Below, one piece after another: positions 52,265 to 64,000 of a DNA stretch of 64,000 nt; position 1 is the first letter of the stretch; each line of letters opens with the position of its first letter. The notes beneath the pieces are model-generated. The model worked only from the letters and a program-made list of their open reading frames with translations. It ran no database searches and was not told the DNA's origin. Position numbers and translations under genes: made by a program. Origin of the DNA: the human T2T-CHM13v2.0 reference genome, Homo sapiens; assembly GCF_009914755.1 (NCBI RefSeq), contig NC_060935.1. The stretch is one strand, 5' to 3'.

Positions 52265-52694
52265 TGATACGGTTTGGCTGTGTCCCTACCCAAAATCTCA
52301 TCTTGAATTGTTTGTAACTAACCTGCACGTTGTGCACATGTACCCTAAAACTTAAAGTATAAACAAAAAAAAAAGAATTGTAATACCCATAATCTCCACA
52401 TTTCAAGGGAGAGGCCAGTTGGAGGTAATTGAATCATACCCACCCATGATGTTCTCGTGATAGTGAGTTCTCACGAGATCTGATGGTTTTATAAGTGTTT
52501 GGCAGTTCCTCCTGCGTTCATTCTCCTTCCTGCTACCTTGTAAAGAAGGTGCCTGCTTCTCTTTCACCTTCCACCATGATTGTAAGTTTCCTGAGACCTC
52601 CCCAGCCATACGGAACTGTGAGTCAATTAAACTTCTTTATAAATTACCCAGTCTCTGGTATGTCTTTTTAGCAGTGTGAGAACAGACTAGTACA
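52265..52694 (+). mobile_element. THE1-type MaLR solo LTR carrying a 63-bp L1PA 3' tail (52312-52374)
   Basis: TGATACGGTTTGGCTGTGTCCC...ACAGACTAGTACA; 5-bp TSD ACAAA; nested L1 end flanked by GAATTGT. Confidence 0.88.
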
Positions 52695-54228
52695 ACAAAT
52701 AACTTGAAAAGACACTGAAAAAACAAAAAAGGCCAATATTCCCAACCTGGTTCTAATCTCTAAAGCTCAGTCTTTTGAAAGTTTCCTGCCCTACTCCAAC
52801 CAAATTCAGCAATACATATTGACATCTGCTTTAGGCCAGTACTAAGAGTACAGAAATTAATAATAATAGGAGCAAATATTTATATGGTGTTTACTATGTT
52901 CCAGTAATTGTTCCAATTGCATGCATTAATTCATTTACGCCTCACAAGAACCCTGTGAGGTAGGTACAAAGATCTTTGGTTTACAAATGAAGAAACCAAG
53001 GCCCAGAGAGCAGATAGGTCTCTGCCCTTGAAATACGGTCTTGGGAAAGACAGCAGGTGTGCAATCAACTGCGAGAGAAGTCTGTGCAGTCAATAGTGTC
53101 ATGTGGACAACAAAAAGCTGTGGAAGGACAGAAGGAAATATCAAAGAGGGGACCTCTCAAAAGGGGCAATTTGGGAGTAGAACTTGAAGGGTGACTAGGA
53201 CTTTGCCCTCAGGAAAAAACAAGAGAGGAGTGGGCAAGAACATTTTAGATAAAAGAAGCAGCACTGCACTTGTCAAGGCTTGGCTGCTGAAAAGCATGTG
53301 GCACGTCTGGGACCATTCGGCATGACTGAAGTTCAGAGCTCTCTGAGAGCTACAGTAGAAGACAAGTTGAGATGAGTGAAGTGACAACACCTTGAGGAGA
53401 GAATCTTTGAAAGGTTTTTGAATGGGGAGTGCCAGCATCTACACTTTGTTTCAGAAAAGTAATTCAGTTATGTCTGTATTGGAGGTGAGAGTGACTGGAG
53501 GTAGAGGAACCCATTAAGATGCTGTAATGCTCAAGGTAAGATATGTTTTAGTTATTCGTGGAAATGGTAGAGGCACTAGGAGACAAAGATGAGCACACAT
53601 AGTCCCTGACTTCTTAAAATGTGCATTCTGGTAGAGGAAGACCAGCGACACACAATAGTATAATTTAGAAGGTGATAAGAATTATGTAGGAAATGGAAAA
53701 GGTGATACAGAATTACTGAAAGTAGTGGCCATTAAGGCAAAGAGTGGAAAGCCCACAGGGACAGTTATCTAGGGCCTCATGGCTCTACACCCAAATCATG
53801 AGCTGCTCAGGAACTTCCCAGCAATGTCTCAGCTAGTAAAGATCTAAGCGAAAGGGGAGCAAAACTTGGACTGGGAGATTAATTTTTATGGTTTTCTCAT
53901 TAGTAAAGCCTTAGCAACAGCCAGTGTGAGAGACTGGAACACAAGCATAGCCTGTTCTGTAGGCATTGTTGGTGTATGCCTTACATTATTACTCTGCCAT
54001 TTTTAAGAAAGCTTTACCATTTTCCTTTCCTTTAATTCTTAAGAGTTTACATTTCCCTGATGAGAAGGAGCTAGGCATGAGTGGGCCTTAGTAGGAGAAA
54101 GATAATGTTAAGTGCAGAGCCCCAAGGCAGGAATGAACTTCCTATCTTCAAGGAACTGAAGGAAGGCCAAGTTGGTTGAAGCCAGGTTAGTCAGGTGAGC
54201 AGGGGAACAATGCCTGTGCCAAGGCCCT

Positions 54229-55100
54229 TGAGCCAAAGATTGAAAAACACACCAGCTGTTAAACAGTTGGGTTTATTACTTGTTGCAAAGAGGAGAAATG
54301 TACACCTTGGGGAACACTGAGATGCCTCAGTAAGAGTGTGTTAGAACCTATTATGGGATTTAGGCTTTGTTCCGGTGATTTGGGGGTAGCTCTAAGGAAG
54401 CAGAGGTTTGCTCTGGATTGGATGCTGTCAGAAAGTGGGGACAATTCTATGGGTATTTTGTGAGTTGTGCATGCGTGACCTTGTTTTTATCCATGCTTAG
54501 ACAAGACAAAATTATGAAGTGACCTTGTTTTGTTTCATTTTATCATGGTCTCCGAGTAACTTTGTCTGAGGTTGTTATTCTATCATACTGTTTAGATTTT
54601 TTAGGCTCACTGGGCTATGAGCCTCAGACTAGCTTCTAATAATATTGCAACCGAGCTGTAAACATCAGATCAATTTTGGACATCAGGAGTACATTTTTTT
54701 CTCCTCATTAGTGACAAGATTATGTATAGAAAGAGATCTGGATTTTATTCTAACTGCTGAGCACAGACAACAGGTCAGTGTGTGATTAGCATTGCCACCT
54801 GGATAACAAAGAACAGCTCTCAGATTTAAAAAACAAAACCAAGATATGCAGTCTTAGAATTGCCCCTGCTCTTCCGACAGTACTCAATCCAGAGCAAAGC
54901 CACACGTCATTAATTCCTTACCAGAATTCACTAACCCAACTCCAAATCCTACAGCAAATCCCTCCTAACAAACACTTTCTCACTGGGGTGCTCCAAAGTC
55001 TCCCATCGTGTGCCCTCTCTCCTCATTGCAACAAGCCAATAAACCCAATTTTGTCTAACTGTGGACATTGTCCCAGTGGTTTGGGCTAAAGGGCATCAAC
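54229..55100. mobile_element. Old ERV LTR-like sequence(s), family not assigned
   Basis: LTR-like composition; AATAAA...AACA end near 55100; interrupts an L2-like tract. Confidence 0.4.
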
Positions 55101-55639
55101 ACTGCAAAGAGAAACTACTGGAAAGTTTTACGCAGGAAAGTGACATGATGGGGTATATATTTATTTAAATGAGTACTCAAGCTGCTATGGGCAGATGGGC
55201 TTATAGGGGCAAGAGTGTGGGAGAAAAAAATCCGAATGATGAAAAGCCAAATTAAAATGATGAGCAAAAGAGGACAGCCCTGAAAAACATGACAGAGGAT
55301 TTGGCCTGGAAAGCCATGGAGAAGGATGGTGAGTTTTAGGAAGAGAGAAGAACCAAAGAGCACTCCCTCCCCAACTAGGAGGATAGAGAATAAATTAGGC
55401 AGGAAACAAGGAAAGGGGAGTAGATATTAGGCATAGCATAGAAAATTGCCAGCCTAGATTTTAAGTATGTTGAGTTGATTATGGAGAATAGGAAGCATGG
55501 GGAAAGGAGTGAAGAGATGAGTGACAGAATGAAGCTGGTTAGGAAGATTGGGGCTCGGTCCTGAAGGGCCTTAACATCATGCTGAGGAATTTAGATTTCA
55601 TTCTGTAGATATAGATAGTGACCCTCTTAGTCAACATTA

Positions 55640-56011
<372 letters not shown>

Positions 56012-57092
56012 TCACATCCTCTGCCTTAGTTCTTTTTGTTGTTGTTTGTTTATTTTTTGTTTTTTTTGTTTTGTTTCCTCTGCCTTAGTTCTAAAGGGAG
56101 CTAAAAGGGTCCTCTTGTTCAAATCCAAGCACAGAGTCTCCTCTGATTCTGGGTCACTAGAACTTTAGTAGACCTAAAGCATATTGGTAAACCACCCACT
56201 TTCTATTTCTCATCTTGGGCAAATTTGCATCTCCTAAGGAAAGTTTCATGTTATTTATTTTACTCTATCCACGCTCCCTCCTCCATCTCCACATAACTAA
56301 CTCCTGTTCATGCTTCAAGATCCATGTCATCTTTTTGAAAATGTCCCTGACTAGTACCCTGCTATCACTGCTGTCTCCTCTTTGCTGCAACTTTACCTTG
56401 TACATTATCTTCCATCAGTACAGCTTCTACTGCTGATTACTGTCACTACCACTGCTACAGACAAGGACATTGAGCTCTGACATGGAAAAAGGTGCTTTGC
56501 ACACAGCAGCTCTATTAATCCTTAACACAACCCATTGCACTTCCTGATAGCTGATATCATTCTCACTTTATAGATGAGAGAACTGAAGCTTAGAAAGGTT
56601 AAATCACAAAGTTGCAGAGCTGCGATTAAAATTTATGTATTTGGGAATACTTTGTATAACTATTATATTACATAACACATTGCATATTAATTATTTGTGT
56701 ATATAGCTCTCTCCTGGTGGAGTATGGGCTCTTTGAAGGCAGAGGCTATGTATTCTCTGGCATATGATAAGTGCTCACCAAATGTTACCTGATTAAGAGG
56801 AGGAAGGCAGGTAGAGATAGTGAGGGAAAGAATGCAAGGTGGTGTGCAATGGGAGAATTACTGTTTCATACCAATGCCTATCAACCTTTTTCATAGAAAT
56901 GATGATGTTTTTATGGTACACTGGGACAAATTGGGGGATCTAGATTCTAGGAGAAAGCTGCTCTAGGCTGGAGAAAACGGACCATCATAGGTATAGTATC
57001 TGTAGCAAGTTCAGTTAACCACTTGGGTTACTGTAGTGTTGAAGGGATCAATATATCCTGGGCATCTGTTGGGCATTCTGTGCTTTATATTA

Positions 57093-57280
57093 GGCGTTAG
57101 TAAGCTATTTCTTAAAGGGCTAGAAAGTAAATGTTTTAGTCTTGTGAGGTATAAGGTCTCTGTCACAGCTGTTCATAGGCAATAGATAATACATAAACAA
57201 ATGAGTGTGGGTGTATTCCAAAAACAACTTTATTTACAAAAACACGTGCCTGTCCTGTGGGTCTTGTTTGCTGACCTCAG
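57093..57280. mobile_element. MER58A-like hAT MITE
   Basis: TTTCTTAAAGGGCTAG...GGTCTCTGTCACAGCT...AACTTTATTTACAAAAAC...GTTTGCTGACC. Confidence 0.65.
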
Positions 57281-60200
57281 TTTTAGATGAATATTGTGCT
57301 TCAGAGCCTTTGGGTTCTCCTCCTCTTAGTCTGATTTTTAAAATGTGGATGATGTCCAATTTATTAGTTTGTTCTTTTACAGTTGTGCGTTTGATGTCAT
57401 GTTTAAAAATCTTTGCCTAACCCAAGGTCACAAAGACTTTTTTTCCCCTATATTTTCTCCTTCAGTGCATTTTATTCACAGCACAATCCTTCTTAAGAAT
57501 GAATGAATGAATAAATAAGTTAAATGAAAGGAAAGAAGATCTTTCTTTCTTCCCTACTTCATACTTTCCCAACCCCAGACTCCCAAACCATGAAGCTCAG
57601 CAGATACTCCTTGAACTCCGTCTGATTTTTGAGCCCCTAACCTTGCCGATCTGTTTACCTACAACTTAGTGATTCCCAGCCTTTCAATGCTGCAACATAT
57701 TCTTTTTACAACATACACACCCCACTTTTACTTGCACACCTCCACACACACACACTTGGTTTAAAAAAATTAGTCTCAACATAGTTTTGAAATTAAGTTT
57801 AAATTTATTTTTCATTGTCAAATTTTTTAGGAACTGAAGAATATCTGATTTATGACAGCCCATCTCTATGAGGTAACGAGAACTATCACCAGGCAGGATG
57901 GAATTTGGACCAAGAGCAAGGCTAAAGGAGTGAGACTGGGGCTGAAATGAGGAGTGGGCCTAGAAGGTGGGTTTCAGAGGTTTACTAGGTCTTCCTCCAC
58001 AGCTACTCAGCTCTGTACTCATTTCTTTTTATTTTTAAAAAAAGAACATATAGTTTTTTTTGTAAATACATATCATATACAAATTTGAAAAATGAGTTAT
58101 TCAAGAGGGAATATGAGGACAAAAAAGAAAAGTTGGAACTAAGATTGAGTTTAGCAACAGAAATGTTGTGGAAATGACCAGAATTTGGTTCTAAGCTTTC
58201 TAGAAGTCAAAATAAGGCAGAAGACCTCTTCATTTTACATAACTTACAGTATCCAATGGGGGCAACAACCTAATTGTCCAAGAGGAGCTTGTTCCGGAGA
58301 AGACAATGTGTAACGTCCAAGGAACAACTCTGGGCCAGTAGCCCAGCAGTCACCATGCTATCATCAGCTGGGGTGGAATTACTGCAGCCCCTCCACCCGG
58401 TGACCCAGGGTTCTAAAAGGAACTTGGAGACCATATGGTTACACATGCTACCACCTCCCCCTTTGCCTTCTCTGTTGTTTATTATTTTTTGGTCAACTTG
58501 CCTAGAATATTTTGAGGCAGTGAAAACTAAGTTTTATTCATCTTTGTATTTATGATAGCACTTACAATGGACAAAAATGGGGCTCAAAACGGGTTTATGA
58601 ATGAAATAATAATACACTTAAGAATCCAAGAGGGGCAGGTCATTTAAAAGAATCCAATAGCTGGTTCCTATCACCTGAGGCTTCATAAGACCTCTTTCTG
58701 GTTTTCTCTCATTCATTCAGCTAACTTTTAGAGCACATACCTCTAAACTTTACAGCACCTATCTCAGAGTTCTGTCTGATGCTCTGAGGCTGAGCCCTGG
58801 CAGTAACTACAATAAGGACAACACCAACCCTCCCCACACTAAAAGAGCTCTTAGTCAAATTGGAAAAAGAACTCATGCCAAGTGACATGCTCATATAAAC
58901 ATACTGCTAAGGTTGGGTGGTCGTCAAGAGGAGTAAGAGATGCTTTCTTCCTGGGAGATTGAAGGAGTATGTGTGTGTGAGAAGGAGGGGCAGGTAAAGA
59001 CATATTCTCAAGGGAGCTGACATCTGAACCCAGTCTTGATTAATGAGTTAGACTTCATCAGGCAAAGGCACAGCCAGGAATCACCATGACACATCAGGGG
59101 ATCAGTGTGTGGAACATATTGGGAGTGTGTCATGGGAGGGGGAATCTGAAGGCTAGCTAGAGATCAGGATGACAAGGGAGGTCAGGGCCCAATGACAAAC
59201 AGTCATATCAAGGTGGATGTCATACGTTCCAGTTTATGAGCATTGTCCCATATAATTAAAACACCTTTTTTTTTTTTTGGTTTCAACCGGAGTTCAGATT
59301 TGGATGATAAATTATATGACTACTCTACTTATAAGATAATCCATTCTCTCTTCTCTCCCACCTTTCTTTTTAAACCTCAGGCCAAAACCTATTCTGCCTT
59401 GGCCCCCACCTCACCTTTCTCAGTCAGGGAGCTCAGTTTCCGGAGCCTGGGGATATTTTCAAAGAAATGAACCGAGGCCATCATAATGGAGCTTCCAGTT
59501 GCTGTTGAAAGGATTCTCCCAGGCCAGCAGAATTGAACAAATCTATGTGTGTCTGGCTGAGGCCAGAAGGAGTCTGGTGCTCCTGCTCCCAGCCCTGGAT
59601 CAAACTCTGTTTCTTTCTGGGAAGTCCTTCTTTTCTTTCTCACATCTAATCTTCAAGATGCAGCAGAAATTCCATCCTCTTCCAGAAGTCTTATCAGACA
59701 TCTCTCAGAATTTGTATCCCTCCTTCATTTTCCCATAGAAAATGTTTGAAGCTGTATCACATTTCACAATGAGTAATTTATATATTAGGTGTATCTGCCC
59801 CACTCAACCATGAGCCCTGGTTGGACATCTTTATGTTCTTCATGGTACATAGAACTCTGCCACTCACGTCCTCACATCACCATCAGAATGATCATCATGG
59901 TCAATTCCACATCATGACAGCTCAAGGTGACAGGCCAGGTACTATGGGGAAGGGTTTCCTTGCAGTATCTCATTTAATCATCACAGTAATTTTATGACAT
60001 CAATTTTAATATTATCCCAACTTTAGAGAAGAGATTAATTCCCAGAGTGGTGGGACAATTTGCCCAGGGTCACTGAGCCAGTAAGCAGCAGTGCTGGGAC
60101 TTGAGCCTCGGTCTGTGTGATCTGACTCTGGGATCTCAATCCTAAAGCAGCAGCAAATCGTCATAGATATGAACTTTCACATTTAGAAAGGCCAGAGAGT

Positions 60201-60325
60201 GTTCCAAAGTGCTTTGCTTCCATTAGCTCATTTAATCCTCTCAAGTAACCTAGGAATTTGACACACTAACTCCATTTTAAAGAGGACCAAGCTGAGGCAC
60301 AAAAAACTTGCCAGTGACGAGTATT

Positions 60326-60870
60326 TGCCTCCACGTGGGTGAGGACATGCTTGCCATACCTGAGCACAAGCATCTCTGCCAGGTACTTGGCCTCCTGGGT
60401 CTGGGTGGTTCTCCAGGTGGTTGCTGAGGGTCCGCACATGCTGCGAGAAGCAGGGCTGAATATCAGGGGTTTCTGGGACCTTCAGAGAGTAGATGCTGTG
60501 GTGGACCTGCACTCTGGCTGTGACCTACAACCTGATGGTACCCCGGGTTGTACGCCTTGACGTTCTGGCACTTGGCTGAGAACTTACCATTAAGGCTGGG
60601 GAGGAAGCGGAGCTTAGCACTGATGGAGCCGCCCAGGCTTTGGTGTAGTTGAGCCAGTGGTCAACAAGCTCTGCCTGGGTTTCTATGACCCTATCCCTCC
60701 TGGCACCATGTGCACATGGTCTGGAAAGAGGTGGTTACTTGCTGCAATGCCAGCCCGAGCTCTGCATTACTTAGGTTTTCCTAGCCGCTGTCCAGCAGTT
60801 CCCCCTGCACGGACATGTTCAGTGCCTGCTTGCAGCCTTGAAACCCCAGCATCCTCGCAGGCCTCATCAT
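60326..60870 (-). pseudogene. Disabled MPEG1/Perforin-2-like (MACPF domain) gene fragment
   Basis: Stitched - strand translation: GFQGCKQALNMSVQGELLDSG*ENLSNAELGLALQ / NHLFPDHVHMVP / RRDRVIETQAELVDHWLNYTKAWA / SISAKLRFLPSLNGKFSAKCQNVK / VTARVQVHHSIYSLKV...LSNHLENH / QTQEAKYLAEMLVLRYGKHVLTHVEA. It is colinear with recalled MPEG1 residues ~30-210 (GVQKCKNAL...GGGWDNLRN...VNGKFS...TRVQVRN...[14 protein letters not shown]). Confidence 0.85.
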
Positions 60871-63258
60871 TGGAACCCTCTAGGGGCTCCTCCTTTTTCT
60901 GAGACTAGCTACTGCTCTAAATGAGCCTCTGAAATATGTGCTTTATAATCTCATTTACCCTCTCACCATTCTACTTTTGCACATTTGCAAACTAAGACCC
61001 ACAGAAGTCAGGTAAAATGCCTAAGGTCACAGTACACAACAGAGCTAGCATCTGAATCCAGGTTCTTTGATGCCAAAGCACAATTTCCATTCACTGATCT
61101 ATGTGTGGTGTTTCTCCTTTCTATTCAGTATCAGTGTCTTGATTTTTTATCCCTCTTAGGGCATTTGCAATTAAAGAAGGCTCACGGAAAGGAGCATGGG
61201 ATTGCTCCTGGTTCCAGCTGGTTCTAACAGTGTGCTTGGAGCAGAAGTCTTTTCTCTCCACCCTGTATGGGGAGAGGCAGCACTGGCCAGAGGAATGGGT
61301 GCTTCTCAAGACCTGAATTGAAATCTGGGTTTTGTCATTTCATCAGCTGAGCCCTCCCACTCTCACGGCTTTCTTCCCTGAGTCCCACTTCCTTCATCTG
61401 TTACAGAATGAGAACAATAATAACCTCTTCAAGCTTGAGCTGTTGGATATAAAATGCCCAGCAGAGTGCCTGGCACAAAATAAGGTGTTCTTTTAGGGAA
61501 GTGGGTTAAATGGCTTGTTCAAGGTCTGGGTTTGCATCCAGGTTTGTCTGAATCCAAAGCTTAGTGCTCTTTCAATGTAATGCTTCTTTCCAATCTCTAT
61601 GTTTGCATTCTTTTATTAAAAAGTGTGATTGATTTATCATAAGGGAACCTGGGACTGGATTATTTGCTGGAGAGATGGCTGTCTTCTGGGAAACAAATCT
61701 TTTTTCCCTCTTGTTTCTTCCCAGGACAGGGATAAGTAATCATGCTGCTCAGTCGCCTAGCCTCCTGACCTGGGAACAAACGCTTCATGGCATTATAAAT
61801 TCAAAGGAGTCTGGGAATTCAGCATGTTTGGTTATATCTCTTTCCCAGAACCTGGCACCAGTCTGTGGGCATTTCATAGCTGTAGATACAAGTGAAAATA
61901 ATCGTGCTTTGGCTGAATGGTGGTGAATCATTTGCTGACAAGGACAAGATACCAACAGGAGGAGGGCAAGGAAAACTCTCTGAGGATGTTTTGTTTTCAG
62001 CCCTGGGCAGCATTTGCTGAGCTGGGAGATTAGGAGGCATCATTTGGTGCCCAGTACTCACATCCCCCAATTGTTCAGAGGCAGTGTAAGGACGATGCAG
62101 GCAAGACAGTCTTCAGAGTCAGATGCCAAGTCCTCATGTGACCTTAGAAAAGAAGTGTGACTTCCTGTAAAACAGGAACAAACAGGACTTTTTAGCTGTT
62201 AACTTAAAAAAATTACAACACATGCTTGTTATGGAAAATTAAAAGTGTAAAGAGGTTATATAAGGTAAAAAATACCTTCTTCATCCAGCTGTGCTTCCCA
62301 GAGATAACCACTGTAAATAGGAGGTGTGTCACCTTCCAGACATGTTTCTATGTGTGCACACATGGACCCAGGCACATAGGCACATACTACTTTCTTTTAC
62401 AAAAATATAATAGTGCCAGGCCATATATACTTTTGCCTATGGAGAAGCTGATTCCCAGAGAAAAGAAGTGATGTGCACAAGGTCACACAAAGACAGATTG
62501 GAGCAGAGATGGCCCTGACCCTGTGTCTCTTGCCTGTATTTCCAGACTCAGACCGCCTCCTACCCTGCCTCACTCTCTTGGGCTGTGTGCATTCTAATTG
62601 AGCACCATAGGGGATACAAAGGCAGACAATTATTCTGGCAGATAGTCAAGGGCAATAGTCAAAATATTTACTACTCTGCAAGTTGCAGCCCCAGCCAATC
62701 ATAACTAACATTGGCTGCAAATGACCTTCCTGAGGTTACTGGCTAAATATTGGCCCTGCATGTAGGAGTCTCATTTCACACCCTACATATCTCTCCACGG
62801 ATGGCTGGGAAGGAATCCATGAATGAATAAATGAGGATGCAAAGTGATCTGAAATAATATCGCAAAGGAAGAAAAACTTCTTTCGATAGAAGTGTAATGT
62901 TATCAACTGCAGTGTTATCTGCCTATATATTTTTACAATCAGAGCCCTGTGAAAGGAGAAGAGGCAATAATAGAAAATGAAGGAAGTAGAAAGGAGATGT
63001 TTATTGGAGTTCAACAGAACTGGACTCGAGATATGGCTCTGCGCTTAGTGGCTCTCAGACCCTGGGCAAGTGACTTAATCTCCTTGACTTTTTTTTTTTT
63101 TTCCTGTAAACATCTGTGAATGTGAGGAGGAGAGGCACAAAAAGTAACTTAACCATGATTATACTAATTAAGGGACAGATAGGCTGAGGGGTCTGAGGGA
63201 CTTTTAGTCTAGTGGGCTTATAATTTAATGTCAGGGGTAGCCCAGGGATCCTGAATTT

Positions 63259-64000
63259 TGCCAACAGAAAAATCATGAGATCTATGCAGATTTGGAAACA
63301 GGACTTTATTTCTCATAAAGGGTTATAGCCTGCCAATGGTCATCCTGACAGGCTGAGAAGTGTACCTTCAACAGAGACCGAAAGGCAGTACTTTGAAGAA
63401 GGAGGGGTTGAGGCAGGAGCTTTATGCTACATAGGTTGGCTAAATATACATATTCAACAGGTTACAGGAGAAGCTATGAATATTCACCAAGTGGTTTCTG
63501 ATGCATGCATACTGAATAAACATGCATGCTACAAATGATCTATGTTCATATTGGAGAGGGTACTTAACATTTAAATTTATTACAATGAGGCTATCTATAT
63601 TTCAGAAGATAAAACAGGGACATAAATGTTCTCAAGTGCAAAGCCTCTATAAAACCGACCAGAACCAGTCCATAGTCGGTGGTCTTTTACCAGGAAAGTT
63701 ACTGAAATCTCTTTCTTGTCTAATCAAAGCTGTAGTTATGGCTTGTGGAACAGGAGGTCGGTTAGTCAGCACATGGTGGTGAATGAGCTGCAGTTATTTT
63801 AATATTGCTTTCCTTGAGGCCAGTGCTTGTTGAGCTGCTTAAGAAAGAAAAACCTTGTGGCAGTTAAAACAAAGCTTATTCTTTAAGTGTAGGGGTGCGT
63901 GACTTAACCTTTGCCTGACATGGGCGTAGGTCCTGTTTATAATTGGATATCTTACTGCCACAAAGAGTCTGTTCTGTCAGTCATATGATCTCTATTTTAA
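63259..64000 (-). mobile_element. ERV1-class LTR (MER39/MER4-group-like), runs off the window end
   Basis: ACTTTATTTCTC...AAAGGGTTA, CATATTCAACAGGTTACAGG, CCACAAAGAGTCTGTTCTGTCAGTC...GATCTCTATTTTAA motifs. Confidence 0.6.

Noticed and set aside
62055-62150. - strand exon-like segment (ctaag| ... GAT|GTGAGT) with hydrophobic CLACIVLTLPL as a possible signal-peptide exon for the MPEG1-like gene
   Set aside because: The ATG and the hydrophobic stretch are in different frames, and the acceptor side overlaps MIR-like sequence.

Overview
Human (or very closely related great-ape) genomic DNA covering the ZFP91-CNTF locus (11q12.1 from recall). The + strand carries a CpG-island promoter and the complete 11-exon ZFP91 gene. 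Its CDS assembles to 1713 nt = 570 aa, with five C2H2 fingers and a ~3.8-kb 3'UTR. About 1.2 kb later comes the 2-exon CNTF gene (603 nt = 200 aa). ZFP91 intron 2 (~25 kb) and the 3' intergenic region are filled with Alu, L1, MaLR/ERV LTRs, Tigger2, hAT MITEs, MIR and L2. The most striking feature is one the ORF track only partly shows: a disabled, strongly diverged paralogue of MPEG1/Perforin-2 (N-terminal half of the MACPF pore-forming domain) on the - strand at ~60326-60870, read across five frameshifts and one nonsense codon. Other notable signals are splice sites explaining a 529-aa ZFP91-CNTF read-through isoform, a GC-AG intron, a Gly207 allele that removes a NAGNAG acceptor, a ~220-nt fold-back hairpin in intron 2, a duplicated CNTF 3' end, and a MER85 piggyBac MITE. 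Gene, variant and repeat names rest on recalled sequences; no database search was run.
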